Positions 53,978-63,956 of a DNA stretch of 64,000 bases are shown one piece after another. The translations under genes and the position numbers were made by a program. The DNA comes from an uncultured Verrucomicrobiae bacterium (GTDB lineage Bacteria > Verrucomicrobiota > Verrucomicrobiia > Palsa-1439): assembly GCA_963712025.1 (NCBI GenBank), contig CAVQGJ010000011.1, positions 369,562 to 433,561 on the forward strand, given 5' to 3'. The number at the start of each line of letters is the position of its first letter. Position 1 is the first letter of the stretch. The notes beneath the pieces are model-generated. The model made no database searches, had not been told where the DNA came from, and saw only the letters and a program-made list of their open reading frames with translations.

Positions 53978-55237
53978 ATGACAAAGCTCCCTGTGTTCAT
54001 AGCGCTCGCGGTGTGTCTTCTAACGGCCAGTTACCCGACGATGGGCCAAACTCCGACGGCCCCGGCGGAGGCCACAGTCCCGGATCAGTTCCGCCCGTTG
54101 TACCAGGAACTGGAGGAAACTCTCCACCAAGCCAGACAGACGTACCCTTTCAAGAAAGGAACTGCCCGCCCGCTGGTCACCGCCAATCTTTTTAGGGCAA
54201 CCAGCTCGTACAATGTGCCGGATTCCGAGGACTGGAAGGATCTACTCGCCACACTCGATGCATTCCAGGCCATGCACATCAATGCCGTACACGTTTTGAT
54301 TATGGCTCCGGACCTCCTCGAAACCAATGCCACGGCTCTCGTCGGCTTCTATCAGCGCCTCGCCAGCGAAATCCACTCGCGCAACATGAAGTTTTACGTC
54401 GAACACTTCGTCTACCCACCCGCCAGTGCGCATGTCCCAAAAAAGATGCAAGACTTTCTAAGCAAGCACGCCCTCAAAGGCTTGCATGACGATCCCCAGG
54501 GGAGAAAGGACTTCCTGAATATGATGGAGAAAGAAATCTCCCTAATTTACCGGGAAATCAAGCCTGACTATCTCAGCTTCGTCACCGAACCCGAAACATT
54601 GCTCCGCTGGACGCATCTGTCCTTTTCAGCGGACGACCTGGCCAATTGGGTCGGGGAAGTCACCACGCGTTTGAAAAGTTCGGGCGCCAGTCCCAACACT
54701 CTCTTGGGCGCCGGGGCGCTGACGTGGGAGTCGGAGGATTTCGACCTCAAGTTCGCTCAACAGGCCAACCTGGATTACATCGATATTCACTTGTACGCGT
54801 TGAAGTTGAAGAACGAAGACCAGCTCGACAGGTTGTCCACTCTGGTCCAGAAAATCCGCCAGCAACGACCGAACATGCGGATCGCCCTCGGCGAAGCGTG
54901 GCTGTTGAAAACCACCGGCGCCTCCGAGCCAAGCCCCCCAGTTTACAGGACGGCATTCTTTCAGAACAATTTCAGCTTCTGGAGCCCGCTGGACCAACAA
55001 TTCTTGAGTCTCGTGATGGGAGTCGCGCAAAAGGAGAACATCTCCGTCGTGGTGCCATTCTTCAGCCAGTTCTATTTCACCAACTATACCTTCGCCGACG
55101 CGGAGTCCAGCAACCTGCCTCCGTGGCCCCTTAGCGACGTAACTTCTTGGGACAAAGCCCTCGACCCCATACGCAACCATCAACTCTCGCCGACCGGTAA
55201 AGCCATGAGTGCCATGCTGGATGACGGTGGAAAGTGA
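53978..55237 (+). CDS. secreted protein, putative clan GH-A TIM-barrel glycoside hydrolase
   Basis: Signal peptide; VTEPE (acid/base-like), DYIDIHLY, LGEAW (nucleophile-like). Confidence 0.6.
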   Translation: MTKLPVFIALAVCLLTASYPTMGQTPTAPAEATVPDQFRPLYQELEETLHQARQTYPFKKGTARPLVTANLFRATSSYNVPDSEDWKDLLATLDAFQAMHINAVHVLIMAPDLLETNATALVGFYQRLASEIHSRNMKFYVEHFVYPPASAHVPKKMQDFLSKHALKGLHDDPQGRKDFLNMMEKEISLIYREIKPDYLSFVTEPETLLRWTHLSFSADDLANWVGEVTTRLKSSGASPNTLLGAGALTWESEDFDLKFAQQANLDYIDIHLYALKLKNEDQLDRLSTLVQKIRQQRPNMRIALGEAWLLKTTGASEPSPPVYRTAFFQNNFSFWSPLDQQFLSLVMGVAQKENISVVVPFFSQFYFTNYTFADAESSNLPPWPLSDVTSWDKALDPIRNHQLSPTGKAMSAMLDDGGK

Positions 55238-55348
55238 TGACCATCTGCTTTCATAGAAGCATGATAACAGGCGGGGTCACAAAACCTAATCGTGCGCGAT
55301 GTCGTGCACGACCAGTCGTATAACCATAGGTAGGCCGCTTCACACGAC

Positions 55349-55984
55349 ATGCGTCACCCTTGGCTTGAGATTCCAATTGCCGACTACGAGACGCACATGG
55401 CCTTGCCATCGGTTGGCCAAGCGCAGCTTCTCGGCGCCGCGCTACAGCGAACCGTTACTCAATTTCAACCTCGCTCGTTGGCCGTTCTTGGCGTCGCGGG
55501 CGGCAACGGTCTGGATCTCGTCGAGCGCAACATAGTACATCGCGTGGTCGCACTCGACTTCAATCCTGATTACCTGGCGCTTTGCTCTCGGCGCTATGCG
55601 GCATCCTTTGTCGAGTTCGAACCAGCCCTGCATGACTTGTCACAGGGTCCACCTGTCATTACTCCAGTCGAGTGTATCTTCGCTGGGTTGGTACTGGAGT
55701 ATCTGTGCGTCGAGTCTTTCTGTGGCTATTTAGCATCTCTTCTGATCCCCGGAGGCAGTTTCGCAACGCTGCTCCAGTTGCCATCCCCGACGCTCCCAGA
55801 GGTTAGCCCGTCACCATTTACCAGTCTCACCCGCCTTGAGTCCACATTTTCCTTCGTTCATCCGGTATCCCTGCATCACTCTCTTTCGGCTCACGGCTTT
55901 TCGCGCATCGCCACTGACCGGTACGACCTTGATTCCGGCAAGTCCTTTTACTATACTTCCTACCAAGCCACGAAGTCGGCCTAA
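55349..55984 (+). CDS. class I SAM-dependent methyltransferase
   Basis: HPWLEIPIADYETHM, VLGVAGGNG (motif I), VALDFNPDYL, LVLEY. Confidence 0.82.
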   Translation: MRHPWLEIPIADYETHMALPSVGQAQLLGAALQRTVTQFQPRSLAVLGVAGGNGLDLVERNIVHRVVALDFNPDYLALCSRRYAASFVEFEPALHDLSQGPPVITPVECIFAGLVLEYLCVESFCGYLASLLIPGGSFATLLQLPSPTLPEVSPSPFTSLTRLESTFSFVHPVSLHHSLSAHGFSRIATDRYDLDSGKSFYYTSYQATKSA

Positions 55985-56043
55985 TCCGTCACTGCAAACC
56001 AATGGCCTGCTTTTGATAGCCACAAACCGAAGGTGATCAAATT

Positions 56044-57066
56044 GTGAAAACAATTCGATTCGTAGTCGTGTTGGCGATGTTTCTTTCAAGTCAACGCCAG
56101 GTTCAGGGGCAAACCGCGAATTCGGTTTCAATACCGCGCCCGGACGTTGATAAGTTCGGAATCCAAAAGATTTATGGAGACGCTCCACAACCCGTAAACA
56201 ATTGGGCATTCGATGGAAATACAGTCGATCCCCGTTTTATGGAGCAGAAGATCGTCAATGCAGGTAACCGGTGGTACAAACCGCAAGACGCCGTTGAAAT
56301 GAGAGTCGAGGTGTTGAGTGATGCCTCGGCTGACGAGAATACGATTGAGACATTCGATGTGGCCAACGTATTGCGTAAGGGCTACTTATACAAACCACCA
56401 AACAGCCCGGATGGCAAAGGCGATTTTCTTAATATTGAGCAGACCTGGCGATTCAAGGTGGTGAAAGCCGGAACCGGCACGAAGAACGGGGAGGCCCATA
56501 TTGAGTTGGTCCCGGGCGGTTACAGGCAGACTTCAGACAAAACGAAAGTCGGAAAGGACAAGGCAGTGCCGGCTGGCTGTGAATCTATGAGTTACCATTT
56601 CAACATTTATCCACTCACCGGCCGGGTTAAATTCGAGAAGGACAGCGATCACACCAGTGGATATACCAGGTCTGATCCAGAGAAGGATCATGCGGTGCCG
56701 AGATTCGATGACGGTCAAGTAGTGGTGCAGAAGGCAATTCTATACCGTACAGCGCACGGGATGAAATTGGAATCGTATCTGGATATGTCTGGGAAAGGCG
56801 ATGGTTTCCAGAAGGTGTTGGACTTTGAAGATCGCGGCCAATGGGGGCCGACGCGTGGAGGAAATTCCGAATGCCATTGCTCAGAGAACGTCGTTCTTTC
56901 AATGGCTCGCGTGGCGATTGGATACCGTTGTGACAATATGGTGGACTTCGAGTTTAAAGACATGTCGATCCGGTCAATTGATCCCTCAAAACCATTGCAC
57001 GCAGTAAAATCAACAGAGGCAACCGGCAAAGTTATGGGCACGATGCTGGATGACGCTGGAAAGTGA
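56044..57066 (+). CDS. secreted hypothetical protein (possible beta-sandwich/lyase-like)
   Basis: Signal peptide; DKFGIQKIY motif; lower GC than backbone. Confidence 0.7.
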   Translation: MKTIRFVVVLAMFLSSQRQVQGQTANSVSIPRPDVDKFGIQKIYGDAPQPVNNWAFDGNTVDPRFMEQKIVNAGNRWYKPQDAVEMRVEVLSDASADENTIETFDVANVLRKGYLYKPPNSPDGKGDFLNIEQTWRFKVVKAGTGTKNGEAHIELVPGGYRQTSDKTKVGKDKAVPAGCESMSYHFNIYPLTGRVKFEKDSDHTSGYTRSDPEKDHAVPRFDDGQVVVQKAILYRTAHGMKLESYLDMSGKGDGFQKVLDFEDRGQWGPTRGGNSECHCSENVVLSMARVAIGYRCDNMVDFEFKDMSIRSIDPSKPLHAVKSTEATGKVMGTMLDDAGK

Positions 57067-57085
57067 AGCCCTTCGTCGTCTCGCT

Positions 57086-59314
57086 ATGAATGTTTTCCGA
57101 CTTGGCATAGTGTGTCTGTTGGGTGCGGCTGTTTTCCTCTTGCTCAGCGCTCCTGTCCCCGGAGCTGAAGCCGGCAAGGAGCGCACCAAATGGACCTCAG
57201 GCGCGGGACAATGGACCGATACAGCTCACTGGTCGGATGGATTACCGGATCCATTCGAGAGAGTACAGATCCACGGCAACAGCACAGTGGTCGTTCCTCC
57301 CGGCACGTATTTGGTCGGCGACCTGGAGGTCGGATTCAATCCCGGCGATCACGCACGTGTGGAGGTGAATGGCGGAGAATTGATCGTGATGCAGGATTCC
57401 TTGCGCGTGGGTGAATTGACCGGCGGCGAAGGAGAGTTCGTGCTCAAACAGGGTGCTCTGCATGATGTCATGGATGTGTTTGTCGGGGGGACCGACGGCG
57501 TGCCCGGTCACGCCACGAAGGGCACGTTGCGTATTCAAGGCGGAAGTTTCCTCGGTCGAACGCTGACGACCGGCGTTGGTTGGGGCGCTGAATCGCTTTT
57601 GTCCATCGAAGGCTCCGCGTCTTCGGCTGTTCACGCGCTCGATTACGTCTATATTCAGGGCTTCGCCGACCCCGCCGGAAAACCCGGCTCGTCCACGCTT
57701 TCCTTCACGCTGGACGAACGGGGCGTCACCCCCATCACGATCCAGTCACGCCGCCGTGGTCTACGGATCATCAAAGACCCACAAAGCCACTGCCGCTTGC
57801 AGATACTTTTGAGTGCCGTGCCGCCGCGTGAGGATGTCACGTTGGTTTCGGGGCACGTGCCGATTCAGGGAACCTTCGATGATTTGCCCGAAGGAAGCGA
57901 AATCTCGGCGCAATACGCGGGGCGGTCCTATCGTTGGAAACTGACCTATCACGGGGGCGCCGGTGGCAACGATCTGGTCTTGAAAAACCAGAGCGAGTAC
58001 GCTGCTGATGCACCGATGACCCACACGCGGCCGATTCCAGAAATCCCCACGCCGCTGTGGTTGGCGCACCGGCTTTATCCGCTGTCAACAGTAACAACCG
58101 TGGAGGCGGCATTCCCCGGTGCCGAAGGGTTTGGTGCGTTCACGCCCGGTGGCCGCGGCGGCAAAATGATTTGCGTGGACAATCTGGATGATTCGGGACC
58201 GGGCAGCTTGCGCGCAGCGGTGGAGACATCGGGCCCGCGGACAATTGCGTTTCGTGTGGGTGGCGTCATCCCGCTTAAATCCACGCTGGTTGTCAGGGAA
58301 CCGTTCATCACGATTGACGGCCAGAACGCGCCCGGCGCGGGAATCATGCTCCGCAATCACGGGATCGAGGTGCGGTCGCACGATGTCGTGCTGCGCCACT
58401 TTCGCGTTCGCGTCGGCGATGACAACGTCCGACCGGAAAACAAGAGCAGTTACGCCGGCGGTGCGGGCGAGCACGCTCTGTATTTTACCGACGGTTCGAA
58501 AAACTGCATTGCCGATCACCTGTCCCTGAGTTGGTCCACGACGAAAATTCTGTCGGTGACGAAGATGAGTGACTTGATCACAATTCAATGGTGCCTGTTG
58601 AGCGAGGGACTGAACTTCGCCGAACACGGTTACGCTTCCATTGCTGGCGGGAACCGCGTGACGTGGCACCACAATCTCTTTGCCCATAACCTGAGCCGTA
58701 ATGTCCGCTTTCAGGGAATGGTTGACGCCGACTTCCGCAATAACGTGATCTACGATTGGGGTGACACGGCGGCGTATGGCGAATTTGACCGGCTCAATTA
58801 TGTCGGCAACTATCTGAAGTCAGGGCCGTCCACGACTCAAAAACCGTGGCTGCTCTTTCATGATGGTGGCGCGGTGGTGATGCCCCACTCGTTGTTCGTG
58901 ACGAACAACATTTTGGAAGGAGGCCGCGCGGCTTGGGTGAATCCGGAACTGCTCGTGCTCAGGGGGTTGAGCCTGCTGTACGGAGACCATGCGGCGACCG
59001 GGGTGAATCAAGACAACTGGCGGGGAATGGGCTATTATTCCGAGCGGGAAACCGTTGCCGCCACGGAACCGTTTCCCGCGCCGCCGGTCACGACGGAACC
59101 AGCGCCACTCGCCTACGAACACGTTTTGAATGATGTCGGAGCGACACTTCCACGGAGGGACGCGGTTGACGAACGCATTGTCCGTGAAGCGCGGGAAGGG
59201 ACCGGGCACATCATCAACTGGGTCAGGGACGCTGGAGGTTGCCCCAACTTTCCGTCGCCCGTATTCCGATCGCCAGAGTCGACAGAGAATTCCAATCTGG
59301 CAATACCGAAATGA
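57086..59314 (+). CDS. PL1-type pectate lyase with N-terminal beta-helix passenger-like domain
   Basis: AFPGAEGFG..TPGGRGG, NLDDSGPGSLR, DHLSLSW, HHNLFAH..SRN.R, DFRNNVIYDWG, RDAVDERIV. Confidence 0.88.
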   Translation: MNVFRLGIVCLLGAAVFLLLSAPVPGAEAGKERTKWTSGAGQWTDTAHWSDGLPDPFERVQIHGNSTVVVPPGTYLVGDLEVGFNPGDHARVEVNGGELIVMQDSLRVGELTGGEGEFVLKQGALHDVMDVFVGGTDGVPGHATKGTLRIQGGSFLGRTLTTGVGWGAESLLSIEGSASSAVHALDYVYIQGFADPAGKPGSSTLSFTLDERGVTPITIQSRRRGLRIIKDPQSHCRLQILLSAVPPREDVTLVSGHVPIQGTFDDLPEGSEISAQYAGRSYRWKLTYHGGAGGNDLVLKNQSEYAADAPMTHTRPIPEIPTPLWLAHRLYPLSTVTTVEAAFPGAEGFGAFTPGGRGGKMICVDNLDDSGPGSLRAAVETSGPRTIAFRVGGVIPLKSTLVVREPFITIDGQNAPGAGIMLRNHGIEVRSHDVVLRHFRVRVGDDNVRPENKSSYAGGAGEHALYFTDGSKNCIADHLSLSWSTTKILSVTKMSDLITIQWCLLSEGLNFAEHGYASIAGGNRVTWHHNLFAHNLSRNVRFQGMVDADFRNNVIYDWGDTAAYGEFDRLNYVGNYLKSGPSTTQKPWLLFHDGGAVVMPHSLFVTNNILEGGRAAWVNPELLVLRGLSLLYGDHAATGVNQDNWRGMGYYSERETVAATEPFPAPPVTTEPAPLAYEHVLNDVGATLPRRDAVDERIVREAREGTGHIINWVRDAGGCPNFPSPVFRSPESTENSNLAIPK

Positions 59315-59440
59315 AATATTCCGCTCTTGCTGAGATGACCCGCTCGCGTCTGCCGTCCGCCGGTCCGGAGTGGTAATGACCCCAATGCGCCGCTCCTAGC
59401 CTCGCCGTCTTCGCGTGCTTCGTGGCGAACGGCCCTAGCC

Positions 59441-60760
59441 TCACACCACGCTGAACATCACGTCCGCCTCGCTCACGACTTCGCCTGCCACCTTGCACAC
59501 ACCCTTGGCCTTGGCGATTTTCGCTCGGGCGCGGCCCATTTCGATTTCGATAATGAGTTGGTCGCCGGGACGGACGGGCTTGCGCCATTTCACGTTGTTG
59601 GCGCTCATGAAATATGCCACCTTCCCCGCGTTCTCGCCCGACCGCAGCATCAGCACGCCCGCCACCTGCGCCATCGCCTCCAACTGCAGCACGCCGGGCA
59701 TGATCGGATGACCTGGAAAATGTCCCTGGAAGAACGGCTCGTTCATCGTGACGTTCTTCAGCCCGATGATCTTCTCTTCGCCCTCGATCTTCAAAATGCG
59801 GTCCACCAGCAAAAACGGATACCGATGCGGCAGCACGTTCAACAACCGCATGATGTCCATCGCCGGCTCCGTCGGCGTGTCCGACGGAATCGGTGGCGCG
59901 AACGCCACCGGCCCGGGCTGCTCCTTCTCCATCAATCTCGCCAGCGCCGTCGTCAGCGCCGCGTTGCAGGAATGCCCCGGCCGAATTGTGATGATATGCG
60001 CCGCCAGCGGTCGCCCCAGCAGCATGATGTCCCCGAGGATATCGAGGATCTTGTGCCGCACAAATTCGTCACGGAACCGCAACGGCTCGGTCGCCAAAAT
60101 GGTCTCATTGCGGATCAACACAGCGTTTTCGAGGCTACCGCCCTTGATCAATCCGTGGTCGACGAGATACTGAATCTCCTCGTACAAGGCGAACGTCCGC
60201 GCCGGCGAAATCTGCGTCTCGAACGTCTCCGGCTCGATCCCCAGGCTCAAAAACTGCGCGTCCAGCCCCGGTTTGCCGTAATGGATCGTGCAACTGATCC
60301 GCAACTGGTCGCTCGGCACGACCACCGCCAGCGAATCGCCCACCTCGACGTGCACCGTTTCCTGTGGATGGAAAATCTCCCGTTTCCCCTCTTGCGGCTG
60401 GATGCCCGCTTCCTTGACCAGGTTCACATACGGTCGCGCGCTGCCGTCGCCGACAGGCGGCTCGTTCGCATCCAACTCGATGATGAGATTGTCGATCCCG
60501 TAGCCGTTGAGCGTCGCCAGCACGTGCTCGACCGTATGAATGACCGCGCCGTTCGTGCCGATGGTCGTCCAGCGCGTCGTGTCGCCGATATTGCGGATGT
60601 TCGGCTCGATTTCCGGTTTGCCGTCGAGATCGACCCGCACAAACCGGATGCCATGGTCCACCGCCGCAGGTTTCCAGGTCATGTTGACCTTGGAACCCGT
60701 GTGAATGCCAATGCCCGAGTACGACACCGGCCGTTTGATCGTCTGCTGCTGTTTCAGCAT
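59441..60760 (-). CDS. lpxC: bifunctional LpxC deacetylase / FabZ dehydratase
   Basis: TVEHVLA, DGSA, ARTF, KGGSLENA, RHKILD; LPHRYPFLLVD, FFQGHFP..PIMPGVL. Confidence 0.96.
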   Translation of the reverse strand: MLKQQQTIKRPVSYSGIGIHTGSKVNMTWKPAAVDHGIRFVRVDLDGKPEIEPNIRNIGDTTRWTTIGTNGAVIHTVEHVLATLNGYGIDNLIIELDANEPPVGDGSARPYVNLVKEAGIQPQEGKREIFHPQETVHVEVGDSLAVVVPSDQLRISCTIHYGKPGLDAQFLSLGIEPETFETQISPARTFALYEEIQYLVDHGLIKGGSLENAVLIRNETILATEPLRFRDEFVRHKILDILGDIMLLGRPLAAHIITIRPGHSCNAALTTALARLMEKEQPGPVAFAPPIPSDTPTEPAMDIMRLLNVLPHRYPFLLVDRILKIEGEEKIIGLKNVTMNEPFFQGHFPGHPIMPGVLQLEAMAQVAGVLMLRSGENAGKVAYFMSANNVKWRKPVRPGDQLIIEIEMGRARAKIAKAKGVCKVAGEVVSEADVMFSVV

Positions 60761-60895
60761 GGGGTCGTTTGTAACACGCCTGCGATACCGTAAGCAAGCC
60801 TCCGTCTACGCGACCGTCCGTGGCCGCGCCCGCCTTTGAGATTGCAGGTGGTCGCGACTTATGCGACGAATCCTGCTGGCATTCGACATCGCCAA

Positions 60896-62545
60896 ATGAA
60901 ATTACGCCTGTTAATTGCCGCGTTATTCGTTTTCGCGACCATCGCCTTCGCCGCCGACCCCATCGTCATTCAGGGCCCGGAGCAGGCGCAACTCGACCTC
61001 AGCCTGCCCGATGGTGGACTACCGCCCGTGCCGGGCGTCCAAAACATTCAAGTCTTCCGCGCCTCACGCGACAAACCCGATCTGGCCGACGGCAAAGGTT
61101 GGACGTACAATCATCACGTCGATATGGCCGTCTGGAACGGTCGCCTCTACGTCGCTTGGAGTTCCGGCCAGAAAGACGAAGACGTCTGGCCCTGGCGCGA
61201 AGTCTACAGCACTTCCACCGATGGCGTCACATGGTCGTCCCCGGCCGAACTCTTTCCCCAGGGCGTCTCGAACCCGCTTCGCATGCATTTCTTTCTCGCG
61301 CCGAACCGTCGCCTGCTCGCGATCTCCGGTCTCCGCCGCGATGAGATCACGCTGACCGACAAGAACCGCGACACGCTTGTCGTCCGCGAAATCCTCGCCA
61401 ATCACACCCTCGGCCCCTACTACGCGCTGCTGACGCCAACGCCCGTCACCTCTCCCGCCCCCTATACCAACTCCGCCGACAAAGGTTTCATCGAAGCCTG
61501 CAATGCGCTTCTCGCCGACCGCCCGTTCCTCGAACAACAGGACTACGGCGCGTTGCTCGGCCCGCGCCGTATGAAGTGGCACGACTCCGGCGATACAAAC
61601 ATGACGCTGAAGGCGATGTCGTTGTTCCATCGCAAAGACGGCGCGCTGGTTGGCATCTGCAAGTACGGTTGGGTCACTGTCTCCACCGACGACGGCGCCA
61701 CATGGTCACAGCCCGTTATCCCGCCGTCTCTGATTACCGGCACGGGTAAAGTCTGGGGCCAGCGCACCGCCGATGGCCGCTACGCGCTTGTGTATAATCC
61801 CGACAGGAAAAACCGCTACCCATTAGTCATGGTCACGAGCGACGACGGCGTCAGTTTCGGCAACATGCGCGTTGTTCATGGCGAGTTGCCGTTCCAGCGC
61901 TACGTCGGCGAGCACAAGAACGTCGGCCCGCAGTACGTCCGCGGCATTTCCGAATGGTCAAACGATGGCACGTGGAAAGACAATGCGCTTTGGGTCGTCT
62001 ACAGCGTCAACAAGGAGGACATTTGGGTCACCCGCATCCCGCTGGCGAGCGAGGCCAATGCCTGGAATACCTACAGCCCCGTCTGGGCGCCGGTCACGCT
62101 CATAAAGGATGGCGTGACTCTGACTGACCGCGATCCGTACGATTACGCCCGCGCCGTCCGCCTCTTCCCAGCCAGAGAAAAAGTCACCGTGTCCTTCGAC
62201 GTCACGGGGACCAAAAACGGCGATGCCCCGCTCGTTGTCACCCTGTTCAGCGGCGCCGTCGGTCGTTGCGCGCCAACGTGGGGGCTGGCGGCAAGAGGTT
62301 TCACGGGCGATAAGCTCTCGTGCCGAATCGAGGCCGACGCACAGAAACACCGGTACTCGCTCTACTTGCGCAACAAGCCGCTCGCCACGAACGTGCCGTT
62401 GGCGAATTGGGCCACCAATTTTACCGGGGTCTCCTTCTGCACCGGCCCCGCGCGGCCGATCATCGACCGCGCCACATCATCCGTCACCAACGACATTCCA
62501 CTGAAGTCGACCTCCTACACGATCCAACGGCTGACGATCCAGTGA
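60896..62545 (+). CDS. secreted BNR/Asp-box beta-propeller glycosidase (sialidase/GH143-like)
   Basis: Signal peptide; GWTYNHH, STSTDGVTWS, VSTDDGATWS, TSDDGVSFG, GPQYVRGI, YSVNKEDIW. Confidence 0.75.
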   Translation: MKLRLLIAALFVFATIAFAADPIVIQGPEQAQLDLSLPDGGLPPVPGVQNIQVFRASRDKPDLADGKGWTYNHHVDMAVWNGRLYVAWSSGQKDEDVWPWREVYSTSTDGVTWSSPAELFPQGVSNPLRMHFFLAPNRRLLAISGLRRDEITLTDKNRDTLVVREILANHTLGPYYALLTPTPVTSPAPYTNSADKGFIEACNALLADRPFLEQQDYGALLGPRRMKWHDSGDTNMTLKAMSLFHRKDGALVGICKYGWVTVSTDDGATWSQPVIPPSLITGTGKVWGQRTADGRYALVYNPDRKNRYPLVMVTSDDGVSFGNMRVVHGELPFQRYVGEHKNVGPQYVRGISEWSNDGTWKDNALWVVYSVNKEDIWVTRIPLASEANAWNTYSPVWAPVTLIKDGVTLTDRDPYDYARAVRLFPAREKVTVSFDVTGTKNGDAPLVVTLFSGAVGRCAPTWGLAARGFTGDKLSCRIEADAQKHRYSLYLRNKPLATNVPLANWATNFTGVSFCTGPARPIIDRATSSVTNDIPLKSTSYTIQRLTIQ

Positions 62546-62636
62546 GGCGCACTTGTGGCTCGCGTCACATGACCGCGCCGGGCTTGCCGCCGCCTTTGAG
62601 ATTGCCTGTGCCGGTCGTTTGTGACACAAACCCCGC

Positions 62637-63833
62637 ATGAAACGATTGTCCCTTTCGCTCGCCCTCGGTGTGCTAGTAGTGGTCTGTTCCGTCGCGCGGG
62701 CGGCTGATTCCCCGGTCATCAAGATCGTCTCCAGCCTGCCGCGCACGGGCAGCGCCACCGCCCAGGCGCAAACGATGGTTAACGGCATCCGCATGGCCAT
62801 CGAAGAAGCGGGGGGCAAGGTCGGCAATTTCACCATCGCCTATGAAGACTGGGACGATGCCTCGCCCGAGCGCGGCCAGTGGGACCCCGCCGTCGAAGCC
62901 GCCAACGCCCAGAAGGCCGTTGAGGACCCGGACATCATGGCCTACATCGGCACCTACAACTCCGGTGCCGCGAAAATCGCGATGCCGATCCTGAACAAAG
63001 CCTCGCTCGTGATGGTCAGCCCCGCCAATACGTACCCCGGCCTCACCAAACCCGGCACCGGCGAAGCCAACGAACCGCAGGTGTACCGTCCCTCCGGCAA
63101 GATCAATTACTTCCGCGTCGTCCCCGCCGACGACATCCAAGGCGAAGTCGCGGCGGAGTGGGCCAAAGAACTCGGTGTGAAGAAAGTTTTCGTCCTTCAC
63201 GACCGCGAACTGTACGGCAAAGGCGTGGCCGACGTGTTCAAGCGCGCCTGCGTTAGGCTCGGCATCCAGGTCGTCGGTTACGAGGGGATCGACCCCAAAG
63301 CGGCGAACTATCGCTCGCTCGTGACGAAGATCAAGAGCACCGACGCCGACATGGTTTATTTCGGCGGTACCACCCAGACGAATGCGGGTCAAATCGCCAA
63401 AGACCTCGTCGCCGGTGGCGCGAAAGTGAAACTCATGGTGCCCGACGGTTGCCGCGAACAGGCCCTCATCGAGTCGGCGGGCAAAGACAACCTCGACGAC
63501 CGCACCTACGTGACGTTTGGCGGGTTGCCCCCGAGCCAGCTTCAAGGTCGCGGCAAAGAGTTCTACGAGAACTACAAGAAGAAGTACAACGCGGAGCCGG
63601 AAGCCTATGCCGTGTACGGCTACGAAGCCGCGCGCGTCGTCCTCGAAGGGATCAAGCGCGCGGGCAAGAAGGACCGCGCCGCGATCACCGACGCCATCGC
63701 CAATTTGCGCGATTTCGACGGCGTCCTCGGCAAATGGTCGTTCGACCAGAACGGCGACACCTCCCTTAAAGTCATGGCCGTCGAAGAAGTCAAAGACGGC
63801 AAATTCACCCCTGTGAAGATCGTGGGGATGTGA
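62637..63833 (+). CDS. livK: branched-chain amino acid ABC transporter substrate-binding protein
   Basis: Signal peptide; IGTYNSGAA, SPANTYPGLT, FRVVPADD.QG, YGKG, FDQNGD. Confidence 0.88.
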   Translation: MKRLSLSLALGVLVVVCSVARAADSPVIKIVSSLPRTGSATAQAQTMVNGIRMAIEEAGGKVGNFTIAYEDWDDASPERGQWDPAVEAANAQKAVEDPDIMAYIGTYNSGAAKIAMPILNKASLVMVSPANTYPGLTKPGTGEANEPQVYRPSGKINYFRVVPADDIQGEVAAEWAKELGVKKVFVLHDRELYGKGVADVFKRACVRLGIQVVGYEGIDPKAANYRSLVTKIKSTDADMVYFGGTTQTNAGQIAKDLVAGGAKVKLMVPDGCREQALIESAGKDNLDDRTYVTFGGLPPSQLQGRGKEFYENYKKKYNAEPEAYAVYGYEAARVVLEGIKRAGKKDRAAITDAIANLRDFDGVLGKWSFDQNGDTSLKVMAVEEVKDGKFTPVKIVGM

Positions 63834-63956
63834 AGGATAGCTACTCTGAATTTTCGTTGTTGTACGCCAGCCTCCTGACCGCGCACATCGATTGACCGAC
63901 GGTCTCCCTCTTCTTTGCGATTGCGACGCTCCTGTAGCGCCGCTACAGTGGGCCGC

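Larger units (their letters stand above)
55193..57066 (+). repeat. 45-bp imperfect direct repeat at the 3' ends of two unrelated genes (55193-55237 and 57022-57066)
   Basis: accggtaaagccatgagtgccatgctggatgacggtggaaagtga vs accggcaaagttatgggcacgatgctggatgacgctggaaagtga (37/45 identical). Confidence 0.85.

Noticed and set aside
63932-63948. REP-like palindrome ctgtagcgccgctacag between livK and livH
   Set aside because: Only one copy seen and no RAYT transposase; it cannot be distinguished from an ordinary intergenic hairpin.
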